From the NCBI GenBank assembly GCA_009836005.1, contig VXWG01000082.1, positions 5,017 through 69,016 of the forward strand: 64,000 nt of DNA, given 5' to 3'. This DNA comes from Candidatus Palauibacter irciniicola (GTDB taxonomy: Bacteria; Gemmatimonadota; Gemmatimonadetes; Palauibacterales; Palauibacteraceae). Under the pieces are notes generated by a model. It was given only the letters and a program-made list of their open reading frames with translations, did not search any database and was not told the origin of the DNA. Shown piece after piece: positions 40,917 to 48,491 of the stretch (its first letter is position 1; each line of letters starts with the position of its first letter). Both the position numbers and the translations under genes were made by a program.

Positions 40917-41813
40917 CTACCGGTAGAACGAGGGGACGCGGAACAGGAGTCCGTCGCGGAGCGCGGCCCGGTTCAGCGAGGCCGCGTTCCGCATCGTCCC
41001 GGCGAGCGCGTTCGCGCGCGCCCGACCGTCGTGCCAGCGGCCAAGCCATTCGAGGTGGGCGAGTTCGGCCTGTCGCGCACGGCTCGCCTCCATTGCCGTC
41101 TGATGGGCGAGCACCTGGCCGAGGGCCGCGTTGATGCGGCCCTGGCTCAGCGAGGCCGCCACCCCGGCCTGCTGGAGGGCCGTGTTGGACAAGTTCCCAT
41201 TCGCGGTGAGGTCGCCGAACGAGCCTTGCGCGCTCTCGATGGTCCCGGCGAGCGCCGCCGCCGCGTCGAGGGCCGCGTAGTCGAGCACGCGCTGCCGGTC
41301 GGCAGCCTCACGGGCGCGGCGGTGGTCCTCCAGCGCGCGCGTCGCCGCTTGGGGCGGAAGGTTCGCAAACAGAGCGAGGATGTCGGCATCCGACACCCGG
41401 TCGGCGGCGTTGTGGGCGGTGCGCCAGTGTCGCGTGAACGAGCGTCCGCTGCCCATTCTCCGGACGGCGTCTACCGTGCCTCGCGCCGGGCCGGTGAAGT
41501 CCGAGCGCCAGCCGAGTCCGTCGCGCACGAGGCCGACGGGGTCGGCGGCGAGCCGGGAGAACGGCTGGAGCAGCGCGTCGATCTCGCCCTTGGCGGCGCG
41601 CTCCATGTGGTCGAGCTGATCTTCGAGTTCCGTAAGCTGGCGGGCCATCGACCGGATCTGGGTGACCTGGTGCGAGATCTGCGTGATCTGGTTCGCGATG
41701 ATCGTGGCCCGCTGGAACCAGCTCCCGAAGTCGAACTGCGCGCTCGCGGGACGAGCGCCCGCTAGGAGCAGGATCGGGACGAGAAGCGCGGAGGCGAGGA
41801 TGCGGTGGCGCAT
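40917..41813 (-). CDS. TrbJ/VirB5-like secreted coiled-coil protein
   Basis: ATG at 41813. Signal peptide ending in ASAQ, then an ANQITQISHQVTQIRSMARQLTELEDQL coiled coil. Confidence 0.5.
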   Translation of the reverse strand: MRHRILASALLVPILLLAGARPASAQFDFGSWFQRATIIANQITQISHQVTQIRSMARQLTELEDQLDHMERAAKGEIDALLQPFSRLAADPVGLVRDGLGWRSDFTGPARGTVDAVRRMGSGRSFTRHWRTAHNAADRVSDADILALFANLPPQAATRALEDHRRAREAADRQRVLDYAALDAAAALAGTIESAQGSFGDLTANGNLSNTALQQAGVAASLSQGRINAALGQVLAHQTAMEASRARQAELAHLEWLGRWHDGRARANALAGTMRNAASLNRAALRDGLLFRVPSFYR

Positions 41814-41829
41814 GGGGAAGTCCTTTCTC

Positions 41830-43071
41830 TTATCGGTGTGTCGGAGGGGTGGGGACGAGGACATCGGAGGTGAACCAGATGCGGAGCCGGTGCCCGGCGC
41901 GGATCGTGATCTCGGGCAGCCGGTTCAGATACCGGTCCAGCATCGAGGTGGCGCTGCCTCCGAGCCCTTGCCCGACGCCTGCCCGGAGTCCGTATGGCGA
42001 GGCTCCGGCGAGCGTGAGCCCGCTCAGCGCGCCGACCGCTCCGGCGGCGGCGAACGTCGAGCGGTAGCGCCGGTTCACTTGGTCGCGGAGCGCGCTCTCG
42101 CCCACCTGGTTCAGGCCGGTGAACTCAAGGTCCACCCAGCTTCCATCGGGGAGCAGCAAACGGTGGAACGCGACGGCGAGGCGGCTCTGGTCGCGGTTCT
42201 GGACGGCCCGCGCCGTGCCGACGACGCGCGCCCCGCGCGGAATCAGCACGCGCTGGCGGTCGGCCGAATAGAGCGGCGCCGACACCAAGGCGAGCACCGG
42301 GCCGGGGAACTCCCCCGACAACTGGGTGACGAGCACCGCCTCAAGGAACGTCCCTTCGTGGATGCGTTCCCAGCCCGGCGGGTCATGCGGCCGGACCAAA
42401 CGGCCCGGCTCGGAGGTGCGCGGCGCGGCGGGAACCTCCGTCCGCGGTGCCGGACCGCCCGCGCCGGGCGCGAACTCTCCTGCGGCCAGCCCGGCCGCCA
42501 TCTCGGCTTCGAGGGCGACGAGGGACTGCCCAAGAGACGCAAGCGCCCCGTCGAGTGCCGCGTCGGGAGACTCGGGCGCCACGGGAGACGCCGCCGCATC
42601 GGTGGATCCGTTCGGATCCCGGTGCGACTGCGCGACGGGGAAGGAGCGGAGCGAGCGCGTCCTGCGCTCGACCTCCTCCAGCCGGAGCGCCTCGCGCAAC
42701 TCGAACTCGGCGCGGCCCATGCCGGGGGCTCGGCCGCCTGCGCCGTCATTCGCCCCGGCGGATCCGGCGCCGGAGGGAGCTCCGGCCGCGCTGTCCGCCG
42801 GATCGTCGCGGGAATCGGCTGCGGCCCGTTGCGTCTCGCGCTGCGTCTCGTCGCGGATGCCCGCATCGAACGACCGGCCCTCCCGGTCGTTCACCGCCCG
42901 CGGCTGCACCGGCGCTCCGGCGGCGGTGGCGTCTTCACCGGGACCGGCGAGCGACGACGAGAACAGCAGTCCGGCGACCAGCACGGCGATCAGGACGACC
43001 CCCGCCTTCGTGACCATGCCGCCCGGAAGCGCGCCCTTCGGCTCCTTCACCAACCGCTTCCAGAGGCTCAT
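41830..43071 (-). CDS. virB10: VirB10/TrbI-like T4SS protein
   Basis: ATG at 43071 overlaps the virB9 stop. TM helix, Pro/Ala-rich linker, and a C-terminal barrel with VLIPRGARVVG and LLLPDGSWVDL. Confidence 0.8.
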   Translation of the reverse strand: MSLWKRLVKEPKGALPGGMVTKAGVVLIAVLVAGLLFSSSLAGPGEDATAAGAPVQPRAVNDREGRSFDAGIRDETQRETQRAAADSRDDPADSAAGAPSGAGSAGANDGAGGRAPGMGRAEFELREALRLEEVERRTRSLRSFPVAQSHRDPNGSTDAAASPVAPESPDAALDGALASLGQSLVALEAEMAAGLAAGEFAPGAGGPAPRTEVPAAPRTSEPGRLVRPHDPPGWERIHEGTFLEAVLVTQLSGEFPGPVLALVSAPLYSADRQRVLIPRGARVVGTARAVQNRDQSRLAVAFHRLLLPDGSWVDLEFTGLNQVGESALRDQVNRRYRSTFAAAGAVGALSGLTLAGASPYGLRAGVGQGLGGSATSMLDRYLNRLPEITIRAGHRLRIWFTSDVLVPTPPTHR

Positions 43072-43946
43072 CTCGAACCCTCCCGGGGCTCGAACCGCCA
43101 CCTGGCCCGTCGGTCGCCGATCTGGAGCCACCCGTCGCCCACCACGCGATGCAGGATGTAGAGGCCGCCTCCGGCGAGCTGAACGGGGACGACCGCGGGC
43201 TCGCCGTCCCTCAGCTCGTACACCCCGAACGACTCCTCGCGACCCGAGCGGATGTAGGTGAACTTGCCGTCGTGCCACATCGCCTCGACCAGGAACGGCC
43301 GCCGGGTGGCCGCGCGGTCAAGGCGGTACTCGAACGCAATGCGTGTGGGATACTCGGCGCGGAGCGCCTCGATCTCCGCTTCGGCTCGCCGGCGGGCCTC
43401 GACGATCCCCGCCTCGGCTTGTTCCTGTGCGCGGCGCGCGGCTTCGGCCGCCTCGGCCGCCATTTCGCGATAGGCGGAGACTTCGCTCCGGGCGACGAAC
43501 CCGGGAGCGCCGGACGGGGTCTCCCCCTCCGCTCCGGCTTCGACGCGCACGATCAGGTGGGGCGGCTTCTCCCCGTCTTCATGGACGAGGAACGAGTAGA
43601 TGCGCCCGGATTCGCAGACGAGCGCAACATTGGTCGCCGCGTCCTCGGCCAGCGGCTTCAGGTACGCGACGTTCGCCGCGCCGGTCAGGTGCCAGTACTC
43701 GGAGTCGCCGGCCACGAAGTCGAGGATCCGCTCCCCGGCCGGAAGCACGATGACCGTGGTGTGGCGCACGCGCGCGCGGAGCCGGGGGATCCGCTCTTCG
43801 CCTTCCTCCGGCACCGGCACGCGCAGGTAGGCGGCATCGCCTTTGGCTTGCTGCGCGGCGGCATCGCAGGGAACCACGGCCAGAAGCAGCGTCAGCAGCA
43901 CGACGACGATCCCCAGCAGGATCGCTGCGGTCGGAGTTGCTTTCAT
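43068..43946 (-). CDS. virB9: VirB9/TrbG-like T4SS outer-membrane core protein
   Basis: Signal sequence, TTVIVLPAGERILDFVAGDSEYW and YLKPLAEDAATNVALV motifs. Confidence 0.7.
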   Translation of the reverse strand: MKATPTAAILLGIVVVLLTLLLAVVPCDAAAQQAKGDAAYLRVPVPEEGEERIPRLRARVRHTTVIVLPAGERILDFVAGDSEYWHLTGAANVAYLKPLAEDAATNVALVCESGRIYSFLVHEDGEKPPHLIVRVEAGAEGETPSGAPGFVARSEVSAYREMAAEAAEAARRAQEQAEAGIVEARRRAEAEIEALRAEYPTRIAFEYRLDRAATRRPFLVEAMWHDGKFTYIRSGREESFGVYELRDGEPAVVPVQLAGGGLYILHRVVGDGWLQIGDRRARWRFEPREGSR

Positions 43947-43950
43947 GGTG

Positions 43951-46392
43951 TTACGTCCTCTCGGTTGGTGGGGTGGGGTGGTGTTGGCCCGCGAGCGCTT
44001 CGAGCGCCCGGGCCAGTCCGTGCCTCGCCACGGCCTCGGCGCGCCTCTCGGCGTCGAGCGGCGAGGAGGTGTAGAGCCAATAGCTCTCGGGATCGACTTC
44101 GAGGCGGAGCACCGCCGCCTCGTCCGGGCGGCGGAGATACAGTTCGCGCTTTGGCGTCAGGGCCCGGATCCGGGCGACCTCCGATTCGTTCAGCCGGAAC
44201 AGCGCTCCGGCCTCGTCGGGCAGTTCGGCGTTCGCGAGGAACAGCTTGGTCGGGATCGATTCGAGAAGGGCCGACGCGCCCGGCGTGCCCGTTACATCCA
44301 CGGCGGACTGCGTCGCGAGCACGAGCGCGGCGTTCTTCTTCCGCCACGTCTTGGCCGCCTCGGCCAGGTAGTTCAGCACGGCGGGGTCCTGCATGTACCG
44401 CCACGCCTCGTCCACGACCATCAGCTTGAGCCGCGCCGTCTCGGCCGGGTCCTCGATCTCCAGCCGCATGCGTTCCAGCAGGTACGAGAGCGCCGCCTCG
44501 CACAGGTCCGCGTGCTCGGCCGCGCCCGCCAGGTCGATCACCTGCCAGTCCCGGAACTCGATGTCCGTGCCGCCCGATGGCGCGTTGTCGAAGAACGCGC
44601 CCCACGCGCCGCCCTCCGTCCAGCGGCTCAGCGCGGGCCACATCGCCGACGGCAGCGAACCGGCCAGCACGGTCAGCGTCCGGCGCTCGGCCCCGAGCGC
44701 GTAGAGGTCCTCGATCCGTGCCCGGACCTCGCTCGTGTCCGCGCCGTCGGCCTCGTACCCTCCGAGCTTGAGCAGCCGGAGCACCCAGCCCGTGAGGAAC
44801 TGGAACGTCCTCGTGGTCGCGGGCAGCGCGAAGGGAGTAAGCCGGAGCGTCGGCTCCGCTTCTCCGGGCGCGAGCTCCAGATACCGGCCCCCGAGGAACC
44901 GGGTCAGCCAGCGGTAGGAGCCGCCCAGGTCCAGGATCAGGATGCGCGGATCGTACTTGAGCGCCTCGACCAGCAGGAAGTTGAGCGTAAAGCTCTTGCC
45001 CGAGCCCGTCGCCCCCAGGATCAGCGTGTGGCCCACGTCGCCCGCGAACAGGTCGTAGCGGTACGCCGTCCGCCACGGCGTCTCGAACACCGCCAGCGGC
45101 TCGCGGTCGAGATGACGGCTCTTCCGGTTCCCCCTCGGAGGGCCGAACACGGGCGCGAGGCACGCGGCGAGCCCGGCCGATACGAACACCCTCCGCACCT
45201 GCCGCTTGCGTGGCTGGGCCGGGAGCCGCGCGAACCACGCGGGAAGCTGGCCGTAGCCCTCCCGGATCACCTTCGCGTCGTGCGCGGCGAACAGGCGGCG
45301 CACGTCCCCGTCCAGCCGCTCGATCCGTTCGAGGTCGCCGTGCAGCGCCACGGTCAGCGACGCCTCGCCGTAGGCCACGCCGTCGGCTTCGAGTTCGACG
45401 AGCGCCGCTCCCAGACGGTCGGACTCGGCGGCAGCGGCGGAATCGACCATCGCCGCCGCCGTACCCTGGGCGTCCTGCGCGTGCGCCATCATCGAGTAGC
45501 GCCGAGAGAAGTAGTGGCGCTGCGCGCTCCGGATCCGGCGCCGCGCCGCCTCGACCGCCCACGGCCGCCATTCCAGCGAGACCGTCGTCACCGCGTCGAG
45601 GCAGTACAGGTCGCGGAGGAGGTTCGCGTGGGCCTGGCCGGGCGGCGACAGGAGTGAGTAGAGGATGACCGGCTCGCCGGCCAGCCGAAGGTGCGAGCGC
45701 TCGGCTTCAAGCTCCGACAGCGCGAGCCGCCAGTTCATGCCGCTACCCGTCGCGCCGTCCCAGAATGTGCCGGGGCGGTTGACGAGTTCGGACAGCAGCC
45801 GGGAAGCCTCAAGGGCTCCCATCATCTCGACCGGCGTGTGCTCGGTCACGAGCGAGCGGCCCGCGTCGATCATGGCCCGGAACCGGCCCGCCGCCGCCTC
45901 GATCTCCGAGGCCAGGTAGGTGGCTGCCGTTTTGCCGCGGCGCTTCCGAAGCCGCTTGAGTCGCGACAGCGGTCCCGTCCCGGAACCCCCGCCCGTCGGA
46001 CGGAGGCCCGGGTCGTGCGACCAGACCACGAAGGCTTCGAGCCGCTGGACGCGTCCGGCGAGGAACGCGCCTCGCTTGCGGCCCGACAGGGACGCGATGT
46101 CCGAACCGCCGTCCTCTGCACCCTCGTCACGGCTGGGACGCCGGAGCATGTGGAACTGGAGCCGTGTGTCCGAACCGAGCCCCGACAACAGCCGCTGCCA
46201 GAGCCCGAGCAGCCGGTCGATCTGTTCGGGCGTGCGGCCGTCCACTGCGGCGGACCGGATCCGTCCCGCCGCGACCAGTTCGCCCGAACGGGTCAGGCAG
46301 GTGCGGCCGTCTTCGAGCCAGCCCCAGTAGGGCAGCTCCTCGGCCAGCGAACCGGCCGCCTCGTAGGCCCGGCGTTCGTCCGCGACTCTCAC
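43951..46392 (-). CDS. virB4: VirB4/TrbE T4SS ATPase
   Basis: GTG at 46392 overlaps the virB3 stop (GTGA). ILGATGSGKSFTLNFLL Walker A and LMVVDEAWRY Walker B. Confidence 0.9.
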   Translation of the reverse strand: MRVADERRAYEAAGSLAEELPYWGWLEDGRTCLTRSGELVAAGRIRSAAVDGRTPEQIDRLLGLWQRLLSGLGSDTRLQFHMLRRPSRDEGAEDGGSDIASLSGRKRGAFLAGRVQRLEAFVVWSHDPGLRPTGGGSGTGPLSRLKRLRKRRGKTAATYLASEIEAAAGRFRAMIDAGRSLVTEHTPVEMMGALEASRLLSELVNRPGTFWDGATGSGMNWRLALSELEAERSHLRLAGEPVILYSLLSPPGQAHANLLRDLYCLDAVTTVSLEWRPWAVEAARRRIRSAQRHYFSRRYSMMAHAQDAQGTAAAMVDSAAAAESDRLGAALVELEADGVAYGEASLTVALHGDLERIERLDGDVRRLFAAHDAKVIREGYGQLPAWFARLPAQPRKRQVRRVFVSAGLAACLAPVFGPPRGNRKSRHLDREPLAVFETPWRTAYRYDLFAGDVGHTLILGATGSGKSFTLNFLLVEALKYDPRILILDLGGSYRWLTRFLGGRYLELAPGEAEPTLRLTPFALPATTRTFQFLTGWVLRLLKLGGYEADGADTSEVRARIEDLYALGAERRTLTVLAGSLPSAMWPALSRWTEGGAWGAFFDNAPSGGTDIEFRDWQVIDLAGAAEHADLCEAALSYLLERMRLEIEDPAETARLKLMVVDEAWRYMQDPAVLNYLAEAAKTWRKKNAALVLATQSAVDVTGTPGASALLESIPTKLFLANAELPDEAGALFRLNESEVARIRALTPKRELYLRRPDEAAVLRLEVDPESYWLYTSSPLDAERRAEAVARHGLARALEALAGQHHPTPPTERT

Positions 46393-46694
46393 TTCGAGTC
46401 CGTCCGGATGCGGAGATGCCAGGGCTCGTCGGCCCACTTGCCCGGATCGAAGCGTGCCGGATAACGCGCCGCCGCGCGGAGCACCGCCAGCATGGCCGGG
46501 TCCCTCCGGCCCGCGAGCCAGCCCGCGCCGTAGCAACCCGCGAACACCATGCCGCCCGCCACCAGCGAGGCCGTCGCGTTCCACACCGCGACCGCGAGCG
46601 TCGCGCCCAGCAGGAACAGCCGCCGCTCCACGCCCAGCACGGTGAGCGGACGGTTGAGTGCTGCGTAACCGGCCCAGCGCCCGAGGCCCCGCAT
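46389..46694 (-). CDS. virB3: VirB3/TrbD-like protein
   Basis: 101 aa. LNRPLTVLGVERRLF motif and two TM helices. Lies immediately upstream of virB4. Confidence 0.7.
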   Translation of the reverse strand: MRGLGRWAGYAALNRPLTVLGVERRLFLLGATLAVAVWNATASLVAGGMVFAGCYGAGWLAGRRDPAMLAVLRAAARYPARFDPGKWADEPWHLRIRTDSK

Positions 46695-46981
46695 CAGAAT
46701 AGCCAGCCGAGGAAGTTCACCGCGCCCACGGCCATCCCGATCCCGAAGATGATCCCGGCCAGCGTGCGCTTGCTCCCGCCCTCGCCGAACGCGAACATCA
46801 GCCCGCCCACGACGATCGCGATCAGCGACAGCCCCCGAGCGATCGGTCCCGTGAACTGCGTCTGTAGCTCGTTCACCGCGTCCACCCAAGGACTCGTGCC
46901 CTGCGCATGGAGCGCGCCGGGCGTCAGCATGAGCAGCACGGCCCACGCGGCTCCCCGCATCGTTGTTAGCAACGTTCTCAT
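46694..46981 (-). CDS. virB2: VirB2/TrbC-like conjugative pilin
   Basis: 95 aa. Signal peptide ending in ALHAQ and two hydrophobic helices. First structural gene of the operon. Confidence 0.7.
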   Translation of the reverse strand: MRTLLTTMRGAAWAVLLMLTPGALHAQGTSPWVDAVNELQTQFTGPIARGLSLIAIVVGGLMFAFGEGGSKRTLAGIIFGIGMAVGAVNFLGWLF

Positions 46982-47268
46982 GTCTTCTTCTCCCTGGTCT
47001 CCCGGTTTCCGTTGCCGCCGGGACGACCCCGTCCCGGCTCGACCGATGGATCCCCCGAAGAACGGTCCCGTCCGTTGGCGCGCTCCCAGTCCGCCATGAA
47101 CGCCAGAGCCCGGTCCACCGTCGCCAGCCGCGGCGAACGGCCCCGCCTCAGGTCGCCCCAGAAGCTCCGGTCGCCGACCGCGCGCTGTCCGAACTCGGAC
47201 GGCGACATCGCCGCGTCCCGAATGAACGCCGAAATGCGCCGCTCGAACCACCTCGTCAGGTTCTCCAT
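46978..47268 (-). CDS. Small putative HTH regulator heading the T4SS operon
   Basis: 96 aa. MSPSEFGQRAVGDRSFWGDLRRGRSPRLATVDRAL is HTH-like. ATGA overlap with virB2. Confidence 0.4.
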   Translation of the reverse strand: MENLTRWFERRISAFIRDAAMSPSEFGQRAVGDRSFWGDLRRGRSPRLATVDRALAFMADWERANGRDRSSGDPSVEPGRGRPGGNGNRETREKKT

Positions 47269-47609
47269 TGCGCGACCATGAAATAGGATATTGTCAATTC
47301 ATGCAAGATAGTAGGAAATCGGATACTTCCCACCTCGTTCACGTTCAACGAGTTACGGAATCGGCATTTCGGCGCCCGCTGCCAGCGGGGCGGAAAACGC
47401 CCCCGCATCTCCCCTCGGAGAGCCCGGAAAAAGAAGTTGGAGGTCGGATGAGGCGAGGGCTCCGGGGGCGTCGGAATCGACGGGAGTCGAACCGCCGGGG
47501 GATCCGCGCGAGTTGGTGCGGGGTTCCGTAGCCGTTACCTCCGCACGGGCAAGCTCCGGGCGGCGGAGTTCCGTTGCGTTTGCGGCGACTAGTAGGTAAT
47601 TTCCGACTT
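47269..47609. promoter_or_regulatory. Divergent control region between the T4SS operon and the S24 repressor gene
   Basis: The most AT-rich stretch seen by eye in the ICE (47269-47360). TAGTAGGAAAT (47309-47319) and TAGTAGGTAAT (47590-47600). Hairpins at 47334-47352 and overlapping hairpins at 47375-47403. Confidence 0.45.
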
Positions 47610-48335
47610 ATGGGACGCCGAACGAAGGAAACCGATCAACTGGACCCGGTGCGCCGGAGGCTACTCGGGATGGTGGCCGACAGCGACACGAACCTGCGCA
47701 CCGCCTCGCTCGCCATCGAACGCAACGCCGCCTATCTGCACCAGTTCGTCCACCGGGGCACGCCCAAGGTGCTGGCCGAGGACGACCGCGAAGCCCTGGC
47801 CGAGCACCTCGGGTGCAGCCCCGACCTGCTCAAGCACGGCCGGGGCTTCGGGCGCCGGGCACGGCCCAACCCGAAGCCGGGGCCCGCGCGGCCGAGCCCC
47901 TACGCGGCCCCGAGGGGCTACAGCGCGGTGCCGGAGATCGATGTTCGCGCGTCGGCGGGTCCGGGCGCGTGGAACGAGGAGTTCGAGCAGACGAGCGACA
48001 TGTGGATATTCGCCGATCCGCTCATCCGCCACGAGTTCCGGGCCAAGCCGGAAGACCTGCAAATGATCACCGTGGACGGCGACTCGATGGCGCCGGTGCT
48101 CTCAAGCGGCGACCGCGTACTCATCGACGTGAGCCGCAAGGTGCCGGTCCCGCCCGGCATCTTCGTCATCTGGGACGGCATGGGACTCGTCGCCAAGAGG
48201 ATCGAACACGTCCCCAACTCCGACCCGCCCAGGATCGTGCTCAAGTCGCTCAACCCAGAGTACGACAGCTACGAGCGCCTCGTCGAGGAGGTCCGCGTCG
48301 TCGGACGCGCCGTCTGGGTCTCCAGAAGGCTCTAG
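47610..48335 (+). CDS. CI/LexA/SetR-like repressor with S24 autopeptidase domain
   Basis: N-terminal HTH (LRTASLAIERNAAYLHQFV). C-terminal VDGDSMAPVL (Ser) and LVAKRI (Lys) S24 dyad. Confidence 0.8.
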   Translation: MGRRTKETDQLDPVRRRLLGMVADSDTNLRTASLAIERNAAYLHQFVHRGTPKVLAEDDREALAEHLGCSPDLLKHGRGFGRRARPNPKPGPARPSPYAAPRGYSAVPEIDVRASAGPGAWNEEFEQTSDMWIFADPLIRHEFRAKPEDLQMITVDGDSMAPVLSSGDRVLIDVSRKVPVPPGIFVIWDGMGLVAKRIEHVPNSDPPRIVLKSLNPEYDSYERLVEEVRVVGRAVWVSRRL

Positions 48336-48460
48336 CGCGCCACCCGCGAGCTGGGTCCCGTCGCGGCGGGAGATGGGCCGCTTGCTCCACGGGCATCGGA
48401 GCGGGCATCTTTCGGGCGCTTGAGTTGGTCGCCAGTCCCGGAACGCAACGGCACTCCCCG

Positions 48461-48478
48461 CGTTCCGGGCACGCCCGG
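48461..48478. repeat. Candidate att core, right copy
   Basis: CGTTCCGGGCACGCCCGG. It overlaps the right arm of a 10-bp inverted repeat, CCCGGAACGC (48437-48446) / GCGTTCCGGG (48460-48469). Confidence 0.35.
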
Positions 48479-48491
48479 ATTGCCAAGGACG

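Larger units (their letters stand above)
30593..48478. mobile_element. Integrative conjugative element (boundaries provisional)
   Basis: Contiguous set of integrase, excisionase-like protein, ArdC, coupling protein, VirB-type T4SS and S24 repressor. Flanked by an imperfect 16/17-nt direct repeat, CGTTCCGG(G)CACGCCCG, at 30593-30608 and 48461-48478. Confidence 0.6.

Noticed and set aside
47478-47500. AGTCGAA, resembling the reverse complement of a tRNA T-loop, raising the idea of a tRNA or a tRNA fragment marking an att site
   Set aside because: The flanking 5-mers (ACGGG and CCGCC) cannot form a T-stem, and no acceptor or anticodon arms can be drawn.
47268-47531. 87-aa plus-strand ORF in the ICE control region
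   Set aside because: There is no SD or start context and the product is Arg-rich and low-complexity. It spans hairpins and the AT-rich promoter zone, so the region is more plausibly non-coding.
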